Of a stretch of DNA of 64,000 nt, positions 1-8,851 are shown piece after piece. Under the pieces are notes generated by a model, which saw only the letters and a program-made list of their open reading frames with translations, searched no databases and was not told the origin of the DNA. Location: the IMG/VR virus record IMGVR_UViG_3300021387_000109, positions 12,008 to 76,007 of that record, one strand, 5' to 3'. Source of the DNA: a virus. Taxonomy: Duplodnaviria; Caudoviricetes. Numbering within the stretch: the first letter of the stretch is position 1; every line of letters begins with the position of its first letter. The translations under genes were made by a program, and so were the position numbers.

Positions 1-1572
1 TACACGAATGACTTCCTTATCAGTAAGGAATACTTCATTCATTGCAATGATCTTGTAACCTATTTCCTGCATGCCTTGAGCCAGTCTTCTAAGAATGCTC
101 ATTTCTCTCTTAGAAGCAGCATCCAGAACACCTCTAATGGCAGTAGCTACCTTGGTGTTATAGGCATCACCTGCAAGACCACCAGAGAAGGCTTTAACAC
201 CTGTTAATGCTTCTGCCTCCTGGTTTTGCATTTGAACCATAAGAAGAGCAGACTGAGGCAATTCAGGGTACTTGTGTTCAATGAATCCACCACCCTGAGG
301 ATTCATTTGAGGATTGAATTCATAATCCTCACCCTGTTCAAATCTCTTCTTGTTGATAGGATCTAGCATGCCTTTAGCAAAGCCCTGTTGAGCATTTGCA
401 GATCGACCCAGAGAATCAATCATTCCTCTGGTAACTGCACCTAAAATCCGTTGATTTGCTTCTAGGAGTTCAGCATCAGGTTCACCATAAATGTTCCTTA
501 AAACAGGAATATATGGAACTACTACATAAGGAACCTTTCTATCTGGAAAAGGATTCTCTTCAAGCCTAATTAATGTATCTCTGATCCAAGTAGCAACAAT
601 AGGAACAAGCCTACCATCATCATTAATGTCATAGAACCCCCAATATTCATAAGCAACACATCTCTTTCTGGACTTGTCTGAGAATTGGAATTCATCAGGA
701 GTATCTGATGTATGTTGAGGATCATCAGTACCTATATCATCCCAATTAATCAATTCCAGATTCTTATATCTACCATCCTTGACTAAATCAGAATAACTGG
801 TTTCAAAGGATTCTATAACGAATTTAGCCCTATCCAACTGTCCATTGCAGGATGGATCAATATAAATATTCGCAGGATTGACTACTTCAACAAATGGTTG
901 ATTATGAACAATCTCTTCATCAGGAACCTGTTGATAACCTACTAATTGACCAACAATGGGGAATGGTGCCTGATTAGCCATTTCCACACCAAACTTGATT
1001 TCAGGTGGAGTCTTTTCATTGTATGTTCTTGGATCAGCTTGAGACAACTGCATTGCCTGTTGAAGCATTTGAAGTGTCTGTTGATCCTGAACAGGCACAG
1101 CCTGAAATACAGGTTCCTGTCTGATGATTGGCTTGGTTTCTCTGATCCAAGATATCTTGACAATACCAGTACCTTCATTGATGACTGCCCTTACATATTC
1201 ATCAATGAATTTAACCTTATTAAGTTTTGTATTGAATTGCCAATTAAGAAGAAGACTTTGTTGCTTGGCAGCATCTTCATCTTCAAAAGTCTTTGGAGTG
1301 ACAGAGAAAATCTTATCAGTACCTAAGAAAGGTTCAGACAGAGCAGAATATCTCCATTCTGCCTGTCTTCTAACTAACTTAGGTTGTACGCTGGATCTAC
1401 CTTTTCTAGTTCTAGGCTTTTCCGAACCAGTAACATTAAGCAGATCCTTCCAATGATTAATCTTACTTAACTGAATATCATGAGCAGGTTGAGCAGCTCT
1501 AAAATCTTCCTTTAGACCTGCTAGTGTAGGCTCATTAACCCAATCAGTTAGTTTTGTATTCTCTAAGGGCAT
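1..1572 (-). CDS. Portal protein (N4 gp59-like), 5' part; runs off the left edge
   Basis: Hand-translated from ATG at 1572: MPLENTKLTDWVNEPTLAGLKEDF...GRSSVQPKLVRRQAEWRYSALSEPFL...NIYIDPSC...LGRSANAQQG; typical N4-like portal motifs. Missing from the ORF track because it has no stop in the window. Confidence 0.92.
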   Translation of the reverse strand, partial: MPLENTKLTDWVNEPTLAGLKEDFRAAQPAHDIQLSKINHWKDLLNVTGSEKPRTRKGRSSVQPKLVRRQAEWRYSALSEPFLGTDKIFSVTPKTFEDEDAAKQQSLLLNWQFNTKLNKVKFIDEYVRAVINEGTGIVKISWIRETKPIIRQEPVFQAVPVQDQQTLQMLQQAMQLSQADPRTYNEKTPPEIKFGVEMANQAPFPIVGQLVGYQQVPDEEIVHNQPFVEVVNPANIYIDPSCNGQLDRAKFVIESFETSYSDLVKDGRYKNLELINWDDIGTDDPQHTSDTPDEFQFSDKSRKRCVAYEYWGFYDINDDGRLVPIVATWIRDTLIRLEENPFPDRKVPYVVVPYIPVLRNIYGEPDAELLEANQRILGAVTRGMIDSLGRSANAQQGFAKGMLDPINKKRFEQGEDYEFNPQMNPQGGGFIEHKYPELPQSALLMVQMQNQEAEALTGVKAFSGGLAGDAYNTKVATAIRGVLDAASKREMSILRRLAQGMQEIGYKIIAMNEVFLTDKEVIRV

Positions 1573-1605
1573 ATTAACAAACAATAATTAATTACTAATT
1601 ATCTG

Positions 1606-2670
1606 TTATTTCATGTACTTTGTAAAAAATCTTTGTATCTCTGTAGGATTAGTGCCAGAAGGAACAGTAACTTTTACATAACCATCTTCTATCTTCATTC
1701 TTATAGTATTTGAATGACTGTCAATTCGATCATTGAAAGATGGGTTCCAAGAAGGTTCTTTACTTTTATGTAATAAGAAGTCTTCATCAGGGAACACTTC
1801 ATTACAATATTGTTTAAGAGCAGTCTTATAGAATCTTGGATCTTTAAAACCATTACCTGCTTTAATAACAGGATAGTTATTTACAGACCAGGATTGAAAA
1901 TAATCTGTATCATAAAAAACCTTTGTCTTAAATACATTCTCTGAACCAAGAGTATAAAGTTCATTGTAATACTTAACCCAATCCCATTTAAGACTAAAGT
2001 TCATCATCCAGCCTAATTCACAAGCACTGGAAATATCCACATTAAATAGATCTTTACCCATTTGCTTGTAAACTTCAATGCATTCTTTCTTTTCTTTATT
2101 GGATAGAGGCTTTATTAGATTAACCTTGTTAAAGAAATCCTCTAAGGATAGAAAGTACATTTCAGGTTGACTGTAAAAGAATACTGATCCAAACAGTTGA
2201 TCTGCACACCAACCATTAACAATAGTATCAGTATCTACTGTAGATAAACAATTATCCCAATTTTTAATATGTTTTAACTGATACTTTTTATCTACTAAAT
2301 GCTGGTAAAGTTTTGGATACTCTTTAATGGAATTTTCATCCATAAGGATTATTAAATCTTCTTTACTGATTCCATTTTTTATTAGAGCCAAAAGTAAAGA
2401 AGTAGAATCAACCCCACCAGACCATTGAACAGCGATTGACTTTCCTATAAGTTCATTAGCCCGTCTATCCATTAATTCAGGTAATGGAGTATCTTTGGGT
2501 TCAGGAATAGGATCTGCTTCTTTAGACCAATTGAAGATACTATATTTATTTAAATAATTGAATCTGTCTCTACAAAGCCTACCTGTAAATATCCAGTTGG
2601 CAGTACTGAAAGGATTTCCAAACCTCTCTACAAACATTGGTAAAGTCTGTATAACTTTTATTTTTTGCAT
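1606..2670 (-). CDS. Asparagine-synthetase-like (PP-loop, N-type ATP pyrophosphatase) protein lacking a glutaminase domain
   Basis: WSGGVDS PP-loop; NGWCADQLFGS resembles AsnB SGEGADELFGG; C-terminal KTALKQY..EVFPD..LLHKSK resembles AsnB K.LLR.A...LP.....R.K. Confidence 0.7.
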   Translation of the reverse strand: MQKIKVIQTLPMFVERFGNPFSTANWIFTGRLCRDRFNYLNKYSIFNWSKEADPIPEPKDTPLPELMDRRANELIGKSIAVQWSGGVDSTSLLLALIKNGISKEDLIILMDENSIKEYPKLYQHLVDKKYQLKHIKNWDNCLSTVDTDTIVNGWCADQLFGSVFFYSQPEMYFLSLEDFFNKVNLIKPLSNKEKKECIEVYKQMGKDLFNVDISSACELGWMMNFSLKWDWVKYYNELYTLGSENVFKTKVFYDTDYFQSWSVNNYPVIKAGNGFKDPRFYKTALKQYCNEVFPDEDFLLHKSKEPSWNPSFNDRIDSHSNTIRMKIEDGYVKVTVPSGTNPTEIQRFFTKYMK

Positions 2671-3008
2671 TCAATTACCTTAGTATCTTCAAAACCAAAC
2701 TTCTCAGCATCCTTAAAGAATTCCTGAATGTCATGTTCAGTAATTTCCATAGTTGTTGGTCCCATAGGAACTCTTAACATAGGGATGAATTTAAAAGTAT
2801 TGAGAAGTTTTTCTTTTAAAGCAGATAGATCAATAATATAGTCATCATCAATCAGATTAAACTTTCTAAGTAATGGTTCAACCTGAGCATTGAATGATGG
2901 AAGAACAGAAGCAGTTAAAGTAGTTAGATCCATATTGGATACATCACCTACCTTTTGACCCAGATGCTTGGCAAACAACTCAACAAATTTAGCCTTATTA
3001 ATCTTCAT
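2658..3008 (-). CDS. Hypothetical protein (116 aa)
   Basis: ORF packed between endolysin and PP-loop gene, same strand, overlapping next gene start. Confidence 0.7.
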   Translation of the reverse strand: MKINKAKFVELFAKHLGQKVGDVSNMDLTTLTASVLPSFNAQVEPLLRKFNLIDDDYIIDLSALKEKLLNTFKFIPMLRVPMGPTTMEITEHDIQEFFKDAEKFGFEDTKVIECKK

Positions 3009-3011
3009 TTG

Positions 3012-3626
3012 TTACTCCACATAATTATTGGAGAGATTATACTGCTTGCATTGATCTAAAGGGATGTTCTGAACTCTTTTATTTAACCAGCCTGCTGTAT
3101 ATCTGAAGTGTTGCTTTAGAGAAAGATAATAAGCACCTTGATAACTATCCAGTGCTTTTAGAACCAGAATACAAGTAGTCTCTGATCCTCTTACTTTTTC
3201 CATTTTTAAGTAGGCTTGTATTGTCTTTGAACCAAGAACACCATCTTCCTTTAATAAAGGAAAGTGCGTGCCATTACCTGATAAAGCATTCAAGGATTGC
3301 TGAAACCATTTAATGGCTCTTGTAGGACCTACATTAACTCCTGCATCAATCAACTTATGGGAAATGGCAGGATTAATATCTACCAATTGATCCAGTCCTG
3401 GTTTCTGAATATAGAGGTGTGTATAAATCTCATTGGCTTGTTCCTTGGTAAGATCTACCATTTTTCCTTGATACCCATAATCTCTGGCTACTTTTTCAGT
3501 AATGCCATATTTAGTCTCTTGGCCTGGATCATATGGATCATTGGAATAAACACCTTCAACAACAATAATTGAGGCTAGGATAGTTCCTATGATTCTTGTA
3601 CTATTTGCTACCTGTTTGGCTTGCAT
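3012..3626 (-). CDS. Endolysin, glycoside hydrolase family 108 with peptidoglycan-binding C-terminus and probable SAR N-terminus (N4 gp61-like)
   Basis: EGVYSNDPYDPGQETKYGIT GH108 catalytic motif; DAGVNVGP, QQSLN, DGVLGSKT, GWLNKRV; hydrophobic IIGTILASIIVV before the catalytic Glu. Confidence 0.92.
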   Translation of the reverse strand: MQAKQVANSTRIIGTILASIIVVEGVYSNDPYDPGQETKYGITEKVARDYGYQGKMVDLTKEQANEIYTHLYIQKPGLDQLVDINPAISHKLIDAGVNVGPTRAIKWFQQSLNALSGNGTHFPLLKEDGVLGSKTIQAYLKMEKVRGSETTCILVLKALDSYQGAYYLSLKQHFRYTAGWLNKRVQNIPLDQCKQYNLSNNYVE

Positions 3627-3885
3627 AATTACTCTTAACCTCTTGTAATTGAAGCTCCAATACCTTCTTTCTTAATTCATGTTCTTCGGTAGCTCTTTGG
3701 TCTCTTTTATATTGAAAGTAGGCGTTTAAAACAAAGCCAAAGATTGTTGTTACTACACCGGCAATTACTAACATCTCATTATCGGACAGGCAACCAAAAA
3801 TACTTGTGGCTGTTCCACCGCCCATTCCCCATTTAGCACTAGCAGCGGCTAACGTTGCATCTGTGTATTCGGACAGTTCTGACAT
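3601..3885 (-). CDS. Holin
   Basis: 94 aa, hydrophobic segments (MLVIAGVVTTIFGFVLNAYF) then charged tail; overlaps endolysin start. Confidence 0.75.
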   Translation of the reverse strand: MSELSEYTDATLAAASAKWGMGGGTATSIFGCLSDNEMLVIAGVVTTIFGFVLNAYFQYKRDQRATEEHELRKKVLELQLQEVKSNYASQTGSK

Positions 3886-3949
3886 TTTTATTCTTCAAAG
3901 TAGTTGAACCAATGAGTGCCTGATTAGTAATTGCTTATCCTCTAATTCA

Positions 3950-3977
3950 ATTATACTTTTTAATGTTTATGTGAAAA
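3950..3977 (-). promoter_or_regulatory. Possible sigma70 late promoter upstream of holin/endolysin
   Basis: Minus strand TTTTCA-16 nt-TATAAT; N4 late genes use host sigma70 RNAP. Confidence 0.35.
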
Positions 3978-4299
3978 GTTTGTTATGAATCTCCCTAAAC
4001 TTCGGGAGGTCTTGTGCAAATAAAACATAGTTAAGACCCTGTATCTTCACACCATTCTTAAGGAATGGTTCAGCCTTTTTAATAAGTTCTTCACAATCTA
4101 TAAGACCATCATGATTAATGTAAGACCATTCTGGATCTCTTAGACAAAGCATCAATCTCTTTGCAAGTACCCTTCCTCCACCAAATTTGGTGAATACAGG
4201 ATTAGGATCAAAACTCTGTTTTAAAATAAATTCATCCAAGGCTTTTTGAAATACCTGGGTTAATTCATCTTCTGTTAAAACCATATCGTTAGGAAGCAT
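3967..4299 (-). CDS. Hypothetical protein (110 aa)
   Basis: ORF track; fits late-strand gene order; no clear SD. Confidence 0.6.
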   Translation of the reverse strand: MLPNDMVLTEDELTQVFQKALDEFILKQSFDPNPVFTKFGGGRVLAKRLMLCLRDPEWSYINHDGLIDCEELIKKAEPFLKNGVKIQGLNYVLFAQDLPKFREIHNKLFT

Positions 4300-4352
4300 G
4301 ATTAATATTTAAGAATTTTAATGCTAGTTTGAAAATCAGCAAATTTTAACAC

Positions 4353-4385
4353 AATAAAAAAGCTGGGTTTCCCCAGCTTATTTTT
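4353..4385 (-). terminator. Rho-independent terminator (possibly bidirectional)
   Basis: AAGCTGGG-tttc-CCCAGCTT stem flanked by A-run and T-run, right after the transporter stop. Confidence 0.75.
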
Positions 4386-5307
4386 ACTTATTAAAGTATT
4401 TTTGAGTCAAGTGTCTCATTCCCAAGTACAACATGGTAACTGCTAGAAGTACTCTAACTACTCCAAAATTACTCCATAGATCTAAAATACCTACTTTAAT
4501 AAAGATACCCCATAGAATACAAATAGCAAAGCATATAAGAGTACCTAGATTAACTCCAAAGGATTTATGCATCGCTACTGCAATAGAGTCTATAGTGGAT
4601 GTAGTAACACCTAGAACAGCTATGAATAATAGCCATGAACCAGTAAGAGAAAGTTGATAATGAGCCAGAAGATAAACCAAGGATAAATAGAAAGCAAAGA
4701 ATCCTGTAGCCCATTCAAAGGCATATCCATTGCCATTTACCTTTGCTCTTTGCCAATGCTGTAAGTCAGAGATAATACCTGACATTAAGATGCAAGCACT
4801 CCAACCAGCCCATATTAAAGAACCAGAATCTGAAGAAGGGAGTACTGTAATTGTTTGACCTTCATAAAAGCACAATCCTAGAAGAGTCATTAGAGCTAGT
4901 AAGGTAATAGCTCCTTGAAAGTTATCTGTAAAGATAGAGGCTTCAAGACCTCTCCAATACATAATACCTACAAAGAGTAATCCAATAGCAGAAACAATGA
5001 AATATGAATATTCTGAACCAAAAGGAATAGAACAGATATCATTAAGAATCTTTAGTTGAATTATTAGACAGAATGCTTGAATAATGGTAAGCAACCATTT
5101 AACAATCTTGTACTCAAGAATTTTTTCTGTAAGTATTCCTGTTTTATAAAGAATACCAAAGAAAGTTAGAGTTAGACAGTTAGCAGTAGCCCATACTAAA
5201 AAGGCTTCAGTACCTTTAGTTTGAGCTATTTGCATACCCATAATAAGAGATGTACCCCATGCCCAAGAAATGGCAATAGAGGCACCTATATAAGCAGATT
5301 TAAGCAT
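4384..5307 (-). CDS. Polytopic membrane transporter, sodium:solute symporter-like (about 10 TM segments)
   Basis: Almost entirely hydrophobic helices; ISWAWGTSLIMG resembles SSF TM1; DLQHWQRA resembles SSF DQxxWQR motif; short (307 aa) for the family. Confidence 0.65.
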   Translation of the reverse strand: MLKSAYIGASIAISWAWGTSLIMGMQIAQTKGTEAFLVWATANCLTLTFFGILYKTGILTEKILEYKIVKWLLTIIQAFCLIIQLKILNDICSIPFGSEYSYFIVSAIGLLFVGIMYWRGLEASIFTDNFQGAITLLALMTLLGLCFYEGQTITVLPSSDSGSLIWAGWSACILMSGIISDLQHWQRAKVNGNGYAFEWATGFFAFYLSLVYLLAHYQLSLTGSWLLFIAVLGVTTSTIDSIAVAMHKSFGVNLGTLICFAICILWGIFIKVGILDLWSNFGVVRVLLAVTMLYLGMRHLTQKYFNK

Positions 5308-5342
5308 AAAAAAAAATCCTCTGATTTTTAAACCAGAGGATT
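5308..5342 (-). terminator. Rho-independent terminator directly abutting the transporter ATG
   Basis: AATCCTCTG...CAGAGGATT stem followed on the minus strand by a T-run then ATG. Confidence 0.7.
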
Positions 5343-5360
5343 ATAGATTATTTAAGAAAC

Positions 5361-5588
5361 TTAGAGAGTTTCTTCAGTAATCTGTTCTTCAGGGAAGATT
5401 TCATTACCTTCTGCATCAAATTCTCTGGTTCTACCAGTAGCACCATCCTGCCAAAGATCCATATTAACGATCTTTACAGAAACCTTGGGCAGAGCATTAA
5501 GAGCCTGCTTGATAGCACCATAAAGTGCAACATCATCCTCAGCATCAGCGACACAAAGGACAGAAATATTAAAACGATTGTAAGCCAT
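5361..5588 (-). CDS. Hypothetical protein (75 aa)
   Basis: ORF track, tightly packed, acidic C-terminus. Confidence 0.7.
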   Translation of the reverse strand: MAYNRFNISVLCVADAEDDVALYGAIKQALNALPKVSVKIVNMDLWQDGATGRTREFDAEGNEIFPEEQITEETL

Positions 5589-5593
5589 AGTAT

Positions 5594-6061
5594 TTATTCA
5601 GTTTTAGTTTGTTCAGGAAGAGAAATCAAAGATTCCTCAAATGTTTGTTTAGGGGTGGATACTCCACATAGACCATTATAAATGGAATTCCTGTGATTTG
5701 CTAATGGATGAGCATATACACATGCCCTTAGCCAATCATCTCTAGTAATGGTAGATGGATTGAATGTAGGATCTCCTTGAGTAGAGAACCAGGTGTAAAG
5801 GATAAGAGTAGGCTTCTCTGTTGAAGAAGCGGGTCTCTTGATTCCTTGACAGCAATAACACCAAACCTTTCCATTACTATTAGGATACTCTTTACACCAT
5901 GCATCAGTAAAGAATACTAAAGATGGGTCAGGAATACTTGTAGAGGAGTCAAATGCAGATTTGGCTAAAGTATAAGTAATACCATCATCTGTAGTAATTT
6001 CTTTTACTGGTTCCTTATCCTTTATTTGTGAAAGGATTCTAGTAGAAGAATATACGTTCAT
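5594..6061 (-). CDS. Hypothetical protein (155 aa)
   Basis: ORF track, tightly packed; several Cys/Trp (WCYCCQG). Confidence 0.65.
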   Translation of the reverse strand: MNVYSSTRILSQIKDKEPVKEITTDDGITYTLAKSAFDSSTSIPDPSLVFFTDAWCKEYPNSNGKVWCYCCQGIKRPASSTEKPTLILYTWFSTQGDPTFNPSTITRDDWLRACVYAHPLANHRNSIYNGLCGVSTPKQTFEESLISLPEQTKTE

Positions 6062-6062
6062 A

Positions 6063-6368
6063 TTACTTATGATAGGTATCTAAAATAGCTAATCCACAAG
6101 CAGCTGCTAGATGAAGAAGATTCTCTTTCCAATCAGCAATATCACCCTTAGCCTCTGCATTCTTCAGTTCTTGATACTCCATATCAATAATTTTATTAGG
6201 AGTACCCATTAAAGAATGCCAAGTTTCAGGAGGATTCCATAGGATTTTAGAAGCATCCTTAAAGAACTCTGCATGCTGAGTTGTATCTTCAGAATGCTTA
6301 TGTTTACAAATAATAATGTAAGACATTTTAGATAAAAGAATGGTTGCACATGAGTTTATTATATGCAA
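6063..6368 (-). CDS. Hypothetical protein (true start may be the internal MSYII)
   Basis: ORF track, tightly packed. Confidence 0.6.
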   Translation of the reverse strand: MHIINSCATILLSKMSYIIICKHKHSEDTTQHAEFFKDASKILWNPPETWHSLMGTPNKIIDMEYQELKNAEAKGDIADWKENLLHLAAACGLAILDTYHK

Positions 6369-6386
6369 CCATTCTTATTTATTCAA

Positions 6387-7010
6387 CTAGCCAGCAGAGG
6401 CTGTAGTTGTAGTGGGCTTAAGTTGAGAGATTAGATAAGTAGTCTGAGCATTCATCTGAGCAGTTAGATTCTTCTCAGCTTCAAGAGCAGAAATCTTAGC
6501 CTTGGCATCAGCAAGTTCATTCTGCATATTCTCATATGCAATCTCTCTCTGAAGTTCTCTACTCTTGCAACCTTCATCAGAAATCTGATGACCTAGAACA
6601 CAGAAACCCATCTGAGTTTGAGATGCTAGTTGCTGATTCTGAAGTCTATTCTCATAGCCCTGAGTAGTAATATTATTATTAATACCACAAAGCTGTCCAG
6701 ATACACCACCAATAGCACCAACAATGGCATCACCAGTATTATTAACTAGATTGCCCATGAACATATTGGAGTTATTAGCATTCTGAAGAACAGCTAACTG
6801 AGCAGCTTGAGCAGAATCATCAGCATGAGCAATCTGGTTGGATAGAAGTGTAGCATCAACACCTACATTACCAACACCTCTATTACTCCAACCCCAACCA
6901 CCGCCACCGAAGAGCATACCTCCAATGAGGCCACCGACTAGACCAGAACCTAATCCATTGCCTAGAAAGCCATCATTGTTATTAGCAGGGAGAATTGTAG
7001 TTTCAGACAT
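6387..7010 (-). CDS. Gly-rich N-terminal membrane segment plus coiled-coil protein of a widespread uncharacterised phage family
   Basis: GLVGGLIGGMLFGGGGWGW, then N/Q/A-rich region, C..EGCKSRELQRE, NELADAKAKISALE coiled coil. Confidence 0.75.
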   Translation of the reverse strand: MSETTILPANNNDGFLGNGLGSGLVGGLIGGMLFGGGGWGWSNRGVGNVGVDATLLSNQIAHADDSAQAAQLAVLQNANNSNMFMGNLVNNTGDAIVGAIGGVSGQLCGINNNITTQGYENRLQNQQLASQTQMGFCVLGHQISDEGCKSRELQREIAYENMQNELADAKAKISALEAEKNLTAQMNAQTTYLISQLKPTTTTASAG

Positions 7011-7055
7011 TTTAGTTGCCTTTACTTACATAAGTAAGTTGTTAAAATTAATAAT

Positions 7056-7087
7056 AAAAAACCTGAACTAGTTTTTCTAGTTCAGGT
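7056..7087 (-). terminator. Rho-independent terminator after tail-fibre operon
   Basis: Perfect 11 bp stem ACCTGAACTAG/CTAGTTCAGGT with T-run on minus strand. Confidence 0.85.
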
Positions 7088-7179
7088 ACATATTAACTCT
7101 CTTTTTGGAAGGTGTAAAATTTATTTTTAAATTTTCCACAAGCCTTGCTCAAGCACGTACAATTACATTTACAAAATAA

Positions 7180-7683
7180 TTACTTTGTGAAAGTAACTGT
7201 ATAAGTACCATATACTTTATAGTTGCTACCTTTGCCTGAATATTTAGCTTGCCAGTGACTACCCAAATCAGGAACACCAGAACCAGCATATGAAAGAGAA
7301 TATCCTCCCATAGTAAGATTTGATACATATTGACTTGTATATATAATACAAAAAGCAGCACCGCTGTCATGCCTATACATAAAGTCTACACCATCAATAA
7401 TAGCATCAGCATACTCCCAAGTATTCTCACCATCTGAGTTGGGTTTTATATAAACGCTTCCACTACTCATGGGAGACCTATTGCTTCTTAAATACCCAAT
7501 ATCAGTACCAGCACTATTTTTATATCCAATAGTTTGATTTAACTTAGTAGAAGCATTAGAGTATCTATTACCTAAATCAGCACCATCGGATATTTTAAAT
7601 CCAATAGCACCTGCATTAGAGTTATTAACTAAGAATAGACTGTCTAAGTCAGTACCTGCACTATTCTTATAATTACTTGCCAT
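7180..7683 (-). CDS. Small tail-fibre-associated protein / possible adhesin tip
   Basis: Repeated YKNSAGTD(L/I) motif at N-terminus, aromatic/Gly-rich C-terminus, downstream of fibre genes. Confidence 0.55.
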   Translation of the reverse strand: MASNYKNSAGTDLDSLFLVNNSNAGAIGFKISDGADLGNRYSNASTKLNQTIGYKNSAGTDIGYLRSNRSPMSSGSVYIKPNSDGENTWEYADAIIDGVDFMYRHDSGAAFCIIYTSQYVSNLTMGGYSLSYAGSGVPDLGSHWQAKYSGKGSNYKVYGTYTVTFTK

Positions 7684-8842
7684 ATTTATTCTCTAACTCA
7701 TTAACTTTAATAACCAGTAAAGCAACTATTGCATTGTAGTCAAGAGATTTAAATCCTTTTTCATCAGTAGTAACTGCTTCAGGATATAACTTCTCTACTT
7801 CTTGGGCAATAAGACCTATCTTTCTATCTTTATTTCCTATAAAGTTATAAGAATAAGCATTGAGAGAAGATAGATTTGTATTATTAATCTTAATTAGATT
7901 CTCTTTCTTTCTAATATCTGATGTTGCTTGGAAAGAGGTAGCAAACATATTTCCATTAGTTTCATAAACACTTGAATGAGAATATGTTTGAGGATTAGCA
8001 CCTTGACTTGTAGCACCAATTAAAAATAGTTTAGAGGTACTATTTGTTGATCCAGCAGTATTTTTGGTGTCATTATCAGTTTGAATTGGAGGAGTGTATG
8101 TCTCCCATTTAGCAGTACCATCTGCTGACCATCTAAGAAACTGTCCATTTGAACCACCAGAAGGAATATGCTTATTACCAGCACTGGTTGGATGAACATA
8201 AGCGTTAGCTTTAACAAAAGCTGTAGTAGCTACTTTAGTAGAACTATCTTCCTTTTCAGGCGTAGGTGCATAAGGAGAAACTTTAAAAGTTTTAATACCT
8301 TTAATTTCTTCACTACCATCTATATGTACTACATCATCATCCTTAACTGCACCAATAGCATCTCTTAAAGCAACTTTTTGGGTATCAGTTAAATTCTGGG
8401 GATTATCTAATTTAAGCGCTTTAGCACTAATAATATCTTGTACAAATTTAGTGGACGCTGCTTTAGTAGAACTATCATCAGTACCTAAATTAGGTACTAG
8501 AGGGCTAGCACTAAATGTCTTAACACCTGAAATAGTTTGCTTGGTAGATAAAGTAACTACTGAACTAGCCTGAGGAACATCTATATTCTTTCTAGCCTGT
8601 TCCTTCTGAGCATCAGTTAATGCCTGAGAAACAGAATATTTAACAGCGGAACTATCAACAGAATCTTTAACTGCTTTAGGAGTAACAGCAATACCTCCTG
8701 AACTACCTGAATTACTTAAAGTATCAGATAATTTAACAGCACCTTTTTTATCTTTAGTAGCACTAGGAAGAATCTCTGAATTTAGAATTCTAGTAGCACC
8801 ATTACCCTGAAATAATACTTTCCAAATCTTAGGAAAATCCAT
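7673..8842 (-). CDS. Tail fibre protein with fibre repeats and C-terminal peptidase S74 chaperone domain
   Basis: AT..KKGAVKLS, repeated QxLTDAQK.QARxNI and QTISGVKTFxxSP units; FQATSDIRKKEN...GLIAQEV...SLDYNAIVA S74 domain. Confidence 0.85.
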   Translation of the reverse strand: MDFPKIWKVLFQGNGATRILNSEILPSATKDKKGAVKLSDTLSNSGSSGGIAVTPKAVKDSVDSSAVKYSVSQALTDAQKEQARKNIDVPQASSVVTLSTKQTISGVKTFSASPLVPNLGTDDSSTKAASTKFVQDIISAKALKLDNPQNLTDTQKVALRDAIGAVKDDDVVHIDGSEEIKGIKTFKVSPYAPTPEKEDSSTKVATTAFVKANAYVHPTSAGNKHIPSGGSNGQFLRWSADGTAKWETYTPPIQTDNDTKNTAGSTNSTSKLFLIGATSQGANPQTYSHSSVYETNGNMFATSFQATSDIRKKENLIKINNTNLSSLNAYSYNFIGNKDRKIGLIAQEVEKLYPEAVTTDEKGFKSLDYNAIVALLVIKVNELENKYGK

Positions 8843-8851
8843 GATATACCT

